From an uncultured Chlamydiae bacterium (GTDB lineage: Bacteria > Chlamydiota > Chlamydiia > Chlamydiales > Parachlamydiaceae): a stretch of DNA of 64,000 nucleotides. Positions 1 through 10,571 of this stretch are shown here, piece by piece. A program made the position numbers and the translations under genes. The stretch covers positions 1,888,001 through 1,952,000 of the forward strand of contig CAVWGN010000001.1 of assembly GCA_963754655.1 (NCBI GenBank), read 5' to 3'. Position 1 is the first letter of the stretch, and every line of letters starts with the position of its first letter. The notes beneath the pieces are model-generated. The model saw nothing but the letters and a program-made list of their open reading frames with translations. It was not told the origin of the DNA and did no database searches.

Positions 1-986
1 TCCAATTCTGTCTGATAGTAATTAGCGCCCGCTTCTCTGGTCCCTTCCCTTGCTTGCTTAATCCTCTGCTGATTCGAAGGATCATATAACATCCAATTCA
101 AATTAACTCCCGTCTCCACATAAGGTTGATGATCAAAGCCATTGTTGATATAGCGATGGCCAGCATTTGCATAGAGGCTAAGTGTTGGAGAAGTCTCAGC
201 TTTTGTTTGGCATACCTTATTTTGAGATAACAAGTAAGAAAATTGCTCTTGTTTTAATTGGGGGCGATATTGAAATGCCCATTGTAACCATTGGCCTGTG
301 TCACACTTTTGCCAATTAAAGGAAGGAAGGGGAATGTCTTTTTCGGTCAAACAAAAAGGGGTATTGGAACTCAATCCAAGAAGAGTGAGTAAATCAAACT
401 GGCTGCTTTTAATGCTACTTTGAGTGGAATAGTAATCAATCCAAGCACTTTTCAGATGCACTTTTGTCTGATTAAATTCAAAAGGAATTGATGTTCCAAG
501 TTCTAAATGTCGCTCTTGTCTCTTGATTTCATCTTCCCAGAGTTGAATGACCATGTGATCAACAGCCAAATGGGCCTGATTTAAAAGAACGGCATAGTAG
601 GCGTCCCGCACTTGAAATAATATGTCGCACAGCTGCTGCCGCACTTCTAATCTTAAACGCTCCCATTCAATTTGAGCTTCTTTTAGATTATAAATAGCCG
701 CTTTATCATATAAAGGCTGAGTCACCTGCAAAAGGTTATTGATATTTCGCTGATCCTTCCCTACATTAGCTTCACAAGAGAAATTCACTTTAGGAAGAAA
801 ATAATCTTTTGAAGCTCTATATCCGTAATAGCCTTGCTCTAAACGATGCAAGCTTGCATTCAATTGATAATTATTTTGAATGGCCAGTTCTTCGGCATGC
901 CTCAATGATAAAAGCAGCGGCTCTTGAGCTTGCCCATTAGCCAAAACAAAAAGAAAAAGAATCAAAAAAAAGAGTCGATTTTTCAT
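1..986 (-). CDS. TolC-family outer membrane efflux protein, 3' end runs off the window
   Basis: Manual translation from ATG at 986: MKNRLFFLILFLFVLANGQAQEPLLLSLRHAEELAIQNNYQL...VRDAYYAVLLNQ...; signal peptide plus OEP-like helices; directly downstream of MacAB-like genes. Confidence 0.8.
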   Translation of the reverse strand, partial: MKNRLFFLILFLFVLANGQAQEPLLLSLRHAEELAIQNNYQLNASLHRLEQGYYGYRASKDYFLPKVNFSCEANVGKDQRNINNLLQVTQPLYDKAAIYNLKEAQIEWERLRLEVRQQLCDILFQVRDAYYAVLLNQAHLAVDHMVIQLWEDEIKRQERHLELGTSIPFEFNQTKVHLKSAWIDYYSTQSSIKSSQFDLLTLLGLSSNTPFCLTEKDIPLPSFNWQKCDTGQWLQWAFQYRPQLKQEQFSYLLSQNKVCQTKAETSPTLSLYANAGHRYINNGFDHQPYVETGVNLNWMLYDPSNQQRIKQAREGTREAGANYYQTEL

Positions 987-1019
987 AATATAACCCACAA
1001 TTTCTCGCTTGACGGATGA

Positions 1020-1712
1020 CTAAGTATTTTTTCGAATGTCCGAGGCAATCCGTCCATCATTTATCGTAATGCATCGTTGAGCTCGTTGAGCAATCTCTTT
1101 TTCATGCGTCACTAAAATAATTGTCGTCTGTCTAAGTTGATTAATCGTGCTAAAAAGATCAATAATCTTATTCGCGTTTTCCGAATCCAAATTGCCAGTG
1201 GGTTCATCCGCAAGCAATAGGGATGGATCCATGGCTAAGGCTCGCGCAATTGCCATGCGTTGTTTTTGTCCTCCAGACAATTGATGGGGATAATGATAGA
1301 GTCGAGGTCCAAGCCCAACCACCTCCAGTAATTCGATCGCTTTCTTTCGTGCAGTTTTTTCTGCTATGCCTCCATAAAGTTGAGGAAGGACAACATTTTC
1401 AATTGCGTTTAAATCGTTTAACAAATGAAAATTTTGAAAAACAAAGCCTATTTTTTGATTGCGCACATGAGCAAGCTTTTTAGAAGAGAATGAGGAAACC
1501 TCCTGTCCTTCCAGAAAAAATTGACCAGATGAGATTGAATCCAGACATCCTAATAAGTGCATAAGTGTTGTCTTTCCTGAACCGGAAGGACCAGTCAAAG
1601 CAACAATTTCCCCTTTTTTAATTTCCAAATCAATATTGCTCAATGCAATTAAAGCATGCTCCCCATTTTGAAATATTTTAGTCAATTTTTTAGTTTGAAT
1701 GAGCCACATCAC
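1020..1712 (-). CDS. ABC transporter ATP-binding protein (MacB/LolD type)
   Basis: Walker [14 protein letters not shown] signature, [12 protein letters not shown]. Confidence 0.92.
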   Translation of the reverse strand: MMWLIQTKKLTKIFQNGEHALIALSNIDLEIKKGEIVALTGPSGSGKTTLMHLLGCLDSISSGQFFLEGQEVSSFSSKKLAHVRNQKIGFVFQNFHLLNDLNAIENVVLPQLYGGIAEKTARKKAIELLEVVGLGPRLYHYPHQLSGGQKQRMAIARALAMDPSLLLADEPTGNLDSENANKIIDLFSTINQLRQTTIILVTHEKEIAQRAQRCITINDGRIASDIRKNT

Positions 1713-1733
1713 AATTAACCACTAAATTAATAA

Positions 1734-2975
1734 TTATATAGATTGCAAAGCTTCAACAGGGTGAAGCTTGGAGGCTTTATAAGCAGGATAGAATCCAAAA
1801 AAAAGACCAACAATGAAAGTCGTTACAAAAGCAATAATTAAAGGCGTCTCACGCAAAGCCCATTCAAATTCTGTAAAAGTTCCTAATAGATAGGCGCCTC
1901 CGACTCCAATTAGTATTCCCATAATGCCTCCGCTCAAACACAACAAAATAGATTCGATAAGAAATTGAGTCAAAATATGCCCAGATGTCGCTCCTACAGC
2001 CATTTTAATTCCAATCTCTTTTCTTCTTTCGGTCATGGCAACAAGCATAATATTCATAATTCCAATTCCTCCCACTATTAATGAGACACTAGCAGCAATT
2101 AAAAGAAATTGATTGAAGACTTGGGAAGATTTATGCGCTGCCTGCATCATTGCTTGTAGATCCCAAATGGTAAAATCATCAGATTCTCCCTCCATTATTT
2201 TATGCCGAAATCGTAGCAGCCTGCGTAGACTAGAGACAAGCTGCGTAGAGTTCTTTCCTTCTTTAGGCCGCACGATGATATGATGAATAGAATGATTTTC
2301 TTCTGAAGAAATGATTTTTTTCCAAACAGATGAAAAAGGAACAACAATATTGATATTTGGATTTTGAATGCGGTTGACTTTTTTAGGAGCTTCATTAAAA
2401 ACACCTAAGACTTTAAAGGAATTTTTGCCAATAAGGATGATTTTGCCAATGGGATTTTCTTGTTTAAATAGCTCCTTAGCTACTTCTGAGCCCAATACAG
2501 CAACTGAGATCGCTCCCCTCTCATGATGGGAAGAAAAGGGAAATCCCATTTTAATCCCTCGTGGTTCAATCCGAAAAAAATCAGCATTTAACCCTTGAAT
2601 TTCAGCTACAAGTTGATTGCCTTGGTATTTGACCACTTCCTTTTTTTCAACGCATGGAGTACAAGCTTGAATATTTGAAGAAAATTGGTTTATCGCAAGA
2701 TAATCCTCATAACTGAGCTTTCTCTCCTGCTTTTTTGTTTTCCTTACTTTACCTTTACTCATAAAGTTACCTGGCATGATATAAACCAAATTTTCTCCCA
2801 TAGCCAAGATTTCTCTTCTTAGCCTCTCATTAGCCCCTTCTCCTAAAGCCATGGTTACCGTCATAGAAGCAATGCCAATGACAATTCCAAGAAGTGCCAA
2901 ACCTGACCGAATGGGATGCCGGCGCAGACTCAAAAAAGCCATCTTAAAAAAAATGAAAAGGGAAACTCGAGCCAC
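1734..2975 (-). CDS. ABC transporter permease (MacB/FtsX family)
   Basis: RSGLALLGIVIGIAS N-terminal TM; GGIGIMNIMLVAMTERRKEIGIKMAVGA motif. Confidence 0.92.
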   Translation of the reverse strand: MARVSLFIFFKMAFLSLRRHPIRSGLALLGIVIGIASMTVTMALGEGANERLRREILAMGENLVYIMPGNFMSKGKVRKTKKQERKLSYEDYLAINQFSSNIQACTPCVEKKEVVKYQGNQLVAEIQGLNADFFRIEPRGIKMGFPFSSHHERGAISVAVLGSEVAKELFKQENPIGKIILIGKNSFKVLGVFNEAPKKVNRIQNPNINIVVPFSSVWKKIISSEENHSIHHIIVRPKEGKNSTQLVSSLRRLLRFRHKIMEGESDDFTIWDLQAMMQAAHKSSQVFNQFLLIAASVSLIVGGIGIMNIMLVAMTERRKEIGIKMAVGATSGHILTQFLIESILLCLSGGIMGILIGVGGAYLLGTFTEFEWALRETPLIIAFVTTFIVGLFFGFYPAYKASKLHPVEALQSI

Positions 2976-2977
2976 GA

Positions 2978-4180
2978 CTATAACTTTCGATAAAATTTTT
3001 CGTAAATCTTTTGCATTTCATCCTGTTCCATTACATCCACAAGCACCTGCTCATCTCCTTTTAAGCCTGATTTGATTTCAAAGGAAATTTGATCTGTAAT
3101 TCCAATCTCCACAGGAATTTCTTTAAAGCAATCCTTGCAATCCTTCCAAATGAATTGAATATTTTCATCTTGATGCAATTTTACTAACGCCTGCTTATCG
3201 GATGCCTCCATTGGTTGAATCTTATAATTCAACAATTCTGCAATGGGTTGAAGATGTTCCTGTTTGATAAGAAAGGCTCGAGAAGTCAAAGTCAAAGCTG
3301 AATCAACCTCTGCCACATCTATTTTTGCATTGACGCTCATCCCAGGACGTAAAAGCAATTGAGGATTATCAATGTAAGCTTTGGCCTGATAGGTGCATTC
3401 TTTATCGTCATCTGTTTTGGCTGTAAAACTAATAGTATGAATGAGGCTATTAAAAACCTTATTAGGATAGGTATCTACCACCATCTGCACTTTTTGTCCT
3501 TTCTGAATTTGTCCTATATCTTTTTCGCTAATCTCTAATTCTGCTTCAATTTGCTTAATATCCGGAGCTAGCGATAATAAAGTCCCACCATCTAAATCAG
3601 AAGTGACTTTTTCTCCTTTGGCTACATTAATGTGAATCACGATGCCGGAGGCAGGCGCATAGACTTTATTATTTTCAAAAGCAATCATTTTTTTCTCATA
3701 ACTCGCTTTTAAAGATTTAATATCCGCCAACGTTGTGAGATAACTGCGCTTTGCTTCTTGTAAATCCATGTGGGACAGAAATTTTTCTTCGAATAATTGT
3801 TTTTTACGTTGATAATTGTTCTCTTGATATTCCATTTCAGCTAAAACTTTTTCATATGCTCCTTGAGCTTCGCGCACTTCGGTATCACCTAACCCCGTAT
3901 CAATTTCCACTAATAACTGTCCTTCTCTTACTGGATCATTTTCTTCCACATAAATAGCTTTCACACGACCGGTGACCACACTACCAATTTTGACCTGATC
4001 TTTAAGTTTTAAGCTGCCTGTTGCTGAAATCATTTGCTTAATTTCTTTTTTTGTAGGGGTTTCCACTTCATACAACTGCTCTAAGGGAATAGTAGCGGGT
4101 TTAAAATAAAAATAATAAATCGGGAAAGCGATAATAGTTGAAATTAGCATGATAACGAAAATAAATTTCAGAAATCTCAT
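2978..4180 (-). CDS. Efflux periplasmic adaptor subunit (MacA-like)
   Basis: N-terminal anchor, lipoyl-like GSVVTGRVKAIYV and APASG motifs, coiled coil, LRPGMSV; first gene of the efflux operon. Confidence 0.88.
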   Translation of the reverse strand: MRFLKFIFVIMLISTIIAFPIYYFYFKPATIPLEQLYEVETPTKKEIKQMISATGSLKLKDQVKIGSVVTGRVKAIYVEENDPVREGQLLVEIDTGLGDTEVREAQGAYEKVLAEMEYQENNYQRKKQLFEEKFLSHMDLQEAKRSYLTTLADIKSLKASYEKKMIAFENNKVYAPASGIVIHINVAKGEKVTSDLDGGTLLSLAPDIKQIEAELEISEKDIGQIQKGQKVQMVVDTYPNKVFNSLIHTISFTAKTDDDKECTYQAKAYIDNPQLLLRPGMSVNAKIDVAEVDSALTLTSRAFLIKQEHLQPIAELLNYKIQPMEASDKQALVKLHQDENIQFIWKDCKDCFKEIPVEIGITDQISFEIKSGLKGDEQVLVDVMEQDEMQKIYEKFYRKL

Positions 4181-4408
4181 TACATCCTCCTGCTGAAGGA
4201 ATTTTAAGTAGAATTCTCTTAGTTGAGAAAATTTTTGGGAATAATATTGCTAATAATTGTATGATTTATTCTCTTTCTTCACAACTAATATCCTTTCTCT
4301 TTAAACCTTCTAAAAAACGCTCCCTATCCTCTATATAGAATTGTCAAAAAAAATCAATATTTGTTATTTTTTAACTAAAATTCCTCATACATTAAGCAGA
4401 GTGTTTTT

Positions 4409-4672
4409 ATGCCTTTTACAATTGGAGGAGAATGGATACCAGAACCCTCTTCAAAGCCTAAGCAACCGATTAAAATCATTAAAGAAAAAAGACGCTCTTC
4501 TTACGTGACAATCATCTTAAATCTTGCTCAAGAAGATTCTCAACTGAAAAGCGTCTGTTCAATTTTAAAGCAACGGCTTGGATGCGGAGGATCGGTCAAA
4601 AAAGGTTGTATTGAATTACAAGGAGATCAAGTCGATTTAGTGCGAGCCTACCTCAAAGAGAAAGAAATGTAA
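4409..4672 (+). CDS. SUI1/YciH translation initiation factor family protein
   Basis: LKQRLGCGGSVKKGCIELQGDQ matches the SUI1 consensus. Confidence 0.85.
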   Translation: MPFTIGGEWIPEPSSKPKQPIKIIKEKRRSSYVTIILNLAQEDSQLKSVCSILKQRLGCGGSVKKGCIELQGDQVDLVRAYLKEKEM

Positions 4673-4704
4673 ATGAAGTAAGAAGAACCCACCTCTTGCT
4701 TTAT

Positions 4705-5409
4705 TTATTCCTTAATTCTTTTATTAATTGTATCTTTTACAACGCTTAATAAGGATGCATTCACCCAAGGTAAAGCTTCGACTACATTTTTAGACCATTT
4801 AAAATAATCTTGAATCCGTTGTTCAGACCAATCAGGCATAGGATTTGTTAAAAGATCACTTAAGTTATCCCATTTATCTGCTAATTTAATTTGAGCAGCT
4901 CCTGCTGATTTATAAGGAGCTGTCATAATTTGGAGCTTTTTGCGCTCCTCTTTAGGAAGAGTTTTATCATCTGTCACTTCTTGTACAAAAGCAGTTATTC
5001 GCTCTCCAAATAAATCTAGAAGTTCTTGATAAGAAGTTTCAGTATCTTCCAATGTATCATGGAGTAAACCTGCGATAATGATAGAGGGATCTCGAATGCT
5101 TCCTACCGTGACCAAGTGATGCGCGACTGAAAGAGGATGGACGACATAAGGTGTTTGTGCCTCATCTTTGCGCACTTGCTTGTGATGTTTATGAGCAGCA
5201 AATTCGACTGCTTTTAGAATGAGATGTACATCTTCTTCAATCCAACCTTCCCCTCTTTCATAAACAACCATTAAAACCTTTTGAAATTGAATAGACTTTT
5301 CTTGTATCTGAAAGACAGGAGGGCCAAAATATTCTTTCACAACCTCATCTAACCTTTTAAAATGCTGCTGTATTCTTTGAAGAGTAGAGGGATGGGGACG
5401 AATAAGCAT
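4705..5409 (-). CDS. HD-domain (p)ppGpp hydrolase-like protein (Mesh1/small alarmone hydrolase type); the only intact copy
   Basis: AAHKHHKQVRK...PYVVHP...LLHDTLEDT...VTDDK...IKLADKWDNL; no synthetase domain. Confidence 0.85.
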   Translation of the reverse strand: MLIRPHPSTLQRIQQHFKRLDEVVKEYFGPPVFQIQEKSIQFQKVLMVVYERGEGWIEEDVHLILKAVEFAAHKHHKQVRKDEAQTPYVVHPLSVAHHLVTVGSIRDPSIIIAGLLHDTLEDTETSYQELLDLFGERITAFVQEVTDDKTLPKEERKKLQIMTAPYKSAGAAQIKLADKWDNLSDLLTNPMPDWSEQRIQDYFKWSKNVVEALPWVNASLLSVVKDTINKRIKE

Positions 5410-5752
5410 ACACCTCTATTAAAACGACTTGCTTTTTAGCATGCTCAAGAAGCTATGGCTTTCCCAACTTTTTTGGTACTTATCTTCTCGCCATAGGCAT
5501 TCCTATTTTTATAATAAATTTTTCATATAAACGAAATAGAGAAAAATAAATAAATCATTTATGAGCAAAAATATCCGCCGCTTCCATGGCTTCCTATTCT
5601 CGCTTCTCCTATCTGGCATAAAACGTTCATGAGCAAAATATGCAGTTAGTGCTTGCAATTGATCCCATTTAAACAGGACCTTTAATATTTTCAAGGCTAG
5701 TACTCTAACTTTTCTCTCAGTAAGGCTTTTTTTAAAGAAATCGGTGCTTGAA

Positions 5753-7276
5753 TTAACTTGCTATAAGATTGTAGCAGCCGGTTGAGTCAAACTTTTTTAA
5801 GCTTTTGGGAAGCTTGTCCAACGAGGCTATATTAGTGTATCCTACATTAAGCTTTTCTAGCTTTGAAAAAGACTCATCAAGCTTTTGAAAGGATTCTGCC
5901 GTAAGAGACTCGCATCCCTTTAAGTCAAGCTCTTTTAAGCTTTTGGGGAGCTTGTCTAGGGAGGCTATCGAAGTAGATGCTATATTAAGCTTTTCTAGCA
6001 TTGAAAAGGACTCATCAAGCTTTTGAAAGGATTCTGCTGTAAGAAGCCGGCATCTCTCTAAGTCAAGTTCTTTTAAATTTTTGGGGAGCTTGTCTAGGGA
6101 GGCTATTTCAGTCGATCCTACATTAAGCTTTTCTAGCTTTGAAAAGGACTCATCAAGCTTTTGAAAGGATTCTACTATTGTAAGAGCCATGCATTTGTAT
6201 AAGTTAAGCTCTTTTAAGTTTTTGGGGAGCTTGTCCAGGGAGCCTATGTGAGTGCCTCCTACATTAAGCTTTTCTAGCATTGAAAAGGACTCATCAAGCT
6301 TTTGAAAGGATTCTGCCTTAAGAGAATGGCATGCCGTTAAGTTAAGCTCTTTTAAGCTTTTGGGGAGCTTGTCTAGGGAAGCTATGTGAGTAAATGATAC
6401 ATTAAGCTTTTCTAACTTTGAAAAGGACTCATCAAGCTTTTGAAAGGCTTCTGCCGTAAGAGACCTGCATCCTTCTAAGTTAAGCTCTTTTAAGTTTTTG
6501 GGGAGCTTGTCTAGGGAGGCTATGTCAGTCGATCCTACATTAAGCTTTTCTAGCTTTGAAAAAGAAGATAAATCTAATTTCTCTATTGGAGTAGTGCCTA
6601 ATAGAGTCAGGGATCGAAGATTGGGAAATGCTTGTTGTAATCTTCTGAGTTTTTCATTATCTAAGCTTGTAAAATTGGAGAGATCGAGTGTAGTGATTTC
6701 TAGCTTTGAAAAAGAAGATAAATCTAATTTCTCTATTGGAGTAGTGCCCGATAGAGTCAGGGATCGAAGATTGGGACAGGCTTGTTGTAATCTTCTGAGT
6801 TTTTCATTATCTAAGCTTGTAAAATTGGAGAGATCGAGTGTAGTGATTTCTTCTCCAAATTGAAAGATAGCCTCAAATCTTTGCTTAGGAGAAAGGTTAC
6901 TATCTAACAAGTTAAAAGCTATTAATTTTCCCATAATTTGTGAATAGATGTCCATTGAACCCGCTGCCTCAAGCAACTCAGGATAGCGTATATAATGTGG
7001 AGAAGGATTGTCTAAATACTGCATGATTTGCTTCCAAAGATTTTGATCTTCGGGTTGAATCTTAAGTTGTTGAAGTAAGTTTTTAACTTCCTGTGCAGTT
7101 TCTTGTGAAGACAAAGAAAAGGCTGCTTGTCTTAAAAAATCTTGAATAATGAAATTAATTTTTTCTAAATTTTTCGTTTTATGTGAAGAAACCTTCTCAC
7201 TATTATAAGTGTTGATTAATTCCTTAAAAGAAACTTCGATAGACGAAGGTAAATGGTAAGAATGAGTCGGATCCAT
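5753..7276 (-). CDS. LRR protein, array copy 1 (intact)
   Basis: ~140-aa N-terminal domain, duplicated 50-aa block, 46-aa super-repeats, terminal cap KKFDSTGCYNLIAS. Confidence 0.9.
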   Translation of the reverse strand: MDPTHSYHLPSSIEVSFKELINTYNSEKVSSHKTKNLEKINFIIQDFLRQAAFSLSSQETAQEVKNLLQQLKIQPEDQNLWKQIMQYLDNPSPHYIRYPELLEAAGSMDIYSQIMGKLIAFNLLDSNLSPKQRFEAIFQFGEEITTLDLSNFTSLDNEKLRRLQQACPNLRSLTLSGTTPIEKLDLSSFSKLEITTLDLSNFTSLDNEKLRRLQQAFPNLRSLTLLGTTPIEKLDLSSFSKLEKLNVGSTDIASLDKLPKNLKELNLEGCRSLTAEAFQKLDESFSKLEKLNVSFTHIASLDKLPKSLKELNLTACHSLKAESFQKLDESFSMLEKLNVGGTHIGSLDKLPKNLKELNLYKCMALTIVESFQKLDESFSKLEKLNVGSTEIASLDKLPKNLKELDLERCRLLTAESFQKLDESFSMLEKLNIASTSIASLDKLPKSLKELDLKGCESLTAESFQKLDESFSKLEKLNVGYTNIASLDKLPKSLKKFDSTGCYNLIAS

Positions 7277-7597
7277 ATTTTCTTCTCTCTTTTGATTATG
7301 ATTAAAAATTTAATACAATAATTAATAAATAATTTATTATATTTACAAATGCTATTATACAAACTATTTTGATTTTAAGCGAGTACTAAAAACACTTTTT
7401 ATTTAATTGACATTTGCATTAGATTTATTTTCAACTTAAGATTGATTTAATATCAAATGAATTTAGTAAAAAAATTTGATTTGATATTAAATCTATGGAA
7501 ACAGTTTTCCTTCAAAAGGATTTAACTAAATCGATCATAAAAATGAATAAAAATAAAAAAATCCTGCCTTTTGTTGGCATGAAGATGACCGAATTGC

Positions 7598-7920
7598 CAG
7601 GGTGTTTTTACTAAACATATTTGACACTTGCAGCCCTTCAGGCTGCATGACACAACCCGCTCATAACCAGGGCGTTGCTGGTCTATTGCACTTACAGCCT
7701 TTCAGCTGATAGAGAACCTCAGCTTACAATATTAGACCGCAAGTCTCTATATTTTGGACCTTTTTTATAGACAGCACGTCTAAAAGTAAAATAGGAAATT
7801 TCCTGTATTAGCCGGAAGAGCTTTAAGTGCAATAGACTATGGCAACTCCCTGGGTATGAGCGGGTTGTGTCACGCAGCCTGAAGGGCTGCAAGTGTCAAA
7901 TATTTTAGTAAAAAACACTG
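7598..7920. mobile_element. Palindromic CAGGG-ended MITE, copy 1 (right end fused to the thioredoxin fragment)
   Basis: Starts CAGGGTGTTTTTACTAAACATATTTGACACTTGCAGCCC with an inverted copy at the right; internal AGCCTGAAGGGCT palindromes. Confidence 0.8.
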
Positions 7921-8425
7921 ATTGTTCAACTTTTTCATGAAAATTATTTTTGGTGAATTGAATAATTTCCAAAGCTTTTTTGGAACTTTCTCTTTAACTT
8001 TCATAGCCAATTTAAAGATGATCCTGAAATTTGACCTCAGACACTTTAACACTTTTTTGAACGATAGAATTTAATAAATCATCCATGACTTGCACATTCG
8101 CTTTGGTAATGGAAAAAGAGTGCTTCATATCCTTTATTTTTTACAATAATCAAAGCCTAAAGTAATATTATGTATTTGAATATTAATAAGATAATGATAA
8201 AATATTTATGTGATTAGAATTGCTATTTTTTGTAAAAAATTAGCACCCTAACCAAGGTAAAGCTTCGATTAAATTTTTAAATCATTTAAAATAATCTTGA
8301 ATCCGTTTTCAGACCCATCAGCCATAGGATTTGTTAAAAGATTGCTTAAGTTATTCCATTTATCTGCTCATCACACTTCTTCAATCCAACCTTCCCCCTC
8401 TTTTATAAACAACCATTAAAACCGG
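7921..8425 (-). pseudogene. Deleted thioredoxin and HD-hydrolase fragments
   Basis: Patches match 37495-37697 (trx) and 4762-5277 (HD), with internal deletions and a stop. Confidence 0.8.
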
Positions 8426-8593
8426 TTGTCCTATTTTTATAATAAAATTTCATATAACGAAATAGAGAAAAATAAATAAATTACTCACCTTACGCAAGCG
8501 AGGTTAAAGAATCAGTGATATCTTTAAATAACCAGTAGCATGATTTGTTTAATAGCCTGAAAGGCTTCAAAGAAAATAGCCCAGGGCATCGCC

Positions 8594-10085
8594 CTTGTCA
8601 TTACCCAAATTTTTCAAAAATTTATTATTTTCATTAACTTTGCACCTTCTACAAGATCTATAAGCCTACTCATGCCAAGCCAAAGGGTCTTTAATCCCGG
8701 CATTCCATCACTTTTTCTGTTAATGTGACCTCCTAGCTTCCCGATCGCTAGCGCTACACATTTAACCGTCTTTATCTTCCTTTTAAGATAGGTTTCAAGG
8801 ACTTTTATTTCAAATTGACTAAGTCCGCTTTCTTTTGCGTCGCCATCAGGATTAGTCCTTAAAGATTCTCTGAGATCTACTAATCTAAGTGCAACAATAC
8901 TCATAATCGCAATTGCAGCAAAAAGTCTATGAGCATTTTCTAATTGAAGATCTTCGGCTCTTAATCCACTTTTAAGAGTTTTATGAAAATCTTCTATCAT
9001 CCAACGTAGCGAATAATATTTTACAATAAGATATGCAGATTCAATATTATTTATGCTTAAAGAAGTATATAAAAACCATTCAATCGTACTGCCATCCTCG
9101 GGATCAACGCCCCAAACATGTACTACAGTCACTTGCAGCGTAGGTAATTCCCCAATACTATAACCGGGCCTTGCAGGAGCCCGTAGGGATACTTCTTGCC
9201 AATTTACATTCAATGAAATCGTTCTTTTTGTTGTTCCATTTCTTCCTCTGCGATCAATTGTAGTAGCTCCTATTGGGGGTAATTCTCTTAATGTTTCAAA
9301 CAAACGAATTTCCCAATCGTTATTATCTACACGATCATGTTTGACTCGGATGATATAATCATATCCAGATGCCTGAGTATCCTGAAGAACTTCGTAAATA
9401 TCTGCATTGCGATCACAGACTCTAATCAATCTATTTTGATTACTCTTTGGAGCCTGGTTTTTAAGCATCTTTGACCACAAATCTGTCTCGAGCCCTTGTT
9501 GTCCGTTTCCTTGTTTATGGGTCTTCTCTCTTTTAGGAGGACGCACATAATATTGTTGAGAGGGCAAACCTAAAATTTTTACACAGGGATCTTTTGAAGA
9601 GGTTTTGTTCCTTATTCCTAAAGCAATAGTAGAATGCAAAATAAATCCTTGATCCCCTTTTCTGCCAGAGCCTACAGGACCCAAACCTTCAATTGGTTCT
9701 TGTCCATTCCATTCAAATTCTGAACTATCTTCGATAAGTAAGATATCGCCATGCCAATTTAACATGTTTTGTGTTGCTAAAGCCCGATGGTTTGATTGAA
9801 TGGTATCAGGTGTCATAACATTTTGATCAAGAAGATTATAGGATGCTTTAATATCATACCACTTTGTATAAAGAGAGGAAAAAAATTGTCCTGGATGCAT
9901 AGCTAGTTTTGTTGCCATATCAACTAATCTCCGCGTCCTCCTTTTATCAAATAGCTGAACTTTCCCAAAGTTTTTATAAGCCCACATGCCTGTATCAAAT
10001 TCATATCGTGTTGTATGCATAAATATCTCCTTTGTTGAAAAACATCTATTATACAACAACCTTGAAAAATTTGGGTAATGACAAG
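8594..10085 (-). mobile_element. IS4-family (IS50/Tn5-like) insertion sequence, complete
   Basis: TIR CTTGTCATTACCCAAATTTTTCAA; 9-bp direct repeat GGCATCGCC at 8585-8593 and 10086-10094. Confidence 0.92.
8614..10020 (-). CDS. IS4-family transposase
   Basis: DKRRTRRLV, IEDSSE, VCDRNAD, YSLRWMIEDFHKTLKSG (YREK motif), LGGHINRKSDGMPG; likely start MHTTRY. Confidence 0.92.
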   Translation of the reverse strand: MHTTRYEFDTGMWAYKNFGKVQLFDKRRTRRLVDMATKLAMHPGQFFSSLYTKWYDIKASYNLLDQNVMTPDTIQSNHRALATQNMLNWHGDILLIEDSSEFEWNGQEPIEGLGPVGSGRKGDQGFILHSTIALGIRNKTSSKDPCVKILGLPSQQYYVRPPKREKTHKQGNGQQGLETDLWSKMLKNQAPKSNQNRLIRVCDRNADIYEVLQDTQASGYDYIIRVKHDRVDNNDWEIRLFETLRELPPIGATTIDRRGRNGTTKRTISLNVNWQEVSLRAPARPGYSIGELPTLQVTVVHVWGVDPEDGSTIEWFLYTSLSINNIESAYLIVKYYSLRWMIEDFHKTLKSGLRAEDLQLENAHRLFAAIAIMSIVALRLVDLRESLRTNPDGDAKESGLSQFEIKVLETYLKRKIKTVKCVALAIGKLGGHINRKSDGMPGLKTLWLGMSRLIDLVEGAKLMKIINF

Positions 10086-10314
10086 GGCATCGCCCTGGGT
10101 TAGATTGACCCTCGTCATGTAGTCTGAAGGACTACAAGAGAATCATCTGTCCCAAACATGTTTTTATCAAACGCAATTCCCATTTGTTTTATTTAGTTAG
10201 CGGATTTCTAAAAAATATGAAATTGAGTTTGATTAAAACATGTTTGGGATGAGATGATTCTCTTGTAGTCCTTCAGACTACATGACGAGGACTAATCTAC
10301 CCCAGGGCGATGCC

Positions 10315-10450
10315 CTTGTCATTACCCAAATTTTTTAAAAATTTATTATTTTCATTAACTTTGCACCTTCTACAAGCTCTATAAGCCTACTCATGCCGAG
10401 CCAAAGGGTCTTTAACCCCGGCATTCCATCACTTTTTCTGTTAAGGTGAC
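10315..10450 (-). mobile_element. Terminal fragment of the same IS4 element
   Basis: Diverged copy of 8594-8729, preceded by GGCGATGCC. Confidence 0.85.
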
Positions 10451-10571
10451 TTCTACTGCCAATAATTTAAGTAACATTTATCAAAATTTTAATTTCGCTG
10501 TCTTACGTCTGTAAATGAAGGTAAGCTGATTCTCATTCATAGATAATGAGACAATGCCTTAAAAATGCTGA

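Noticed and set aside
5509..5694. 61-aa ORF repeated at 27163-27348
   Set aside because: TTG start, no motif, and disrupted or absent in the other units; probably non-coding.
10441..10450. IS4 fragment ends in TAAGGTGAC, like the right end of the 8484 element
   Set aside because: Only 9 bp and one substitution from the IS's own TAATGTGAC; cannot be distinguished from chance.
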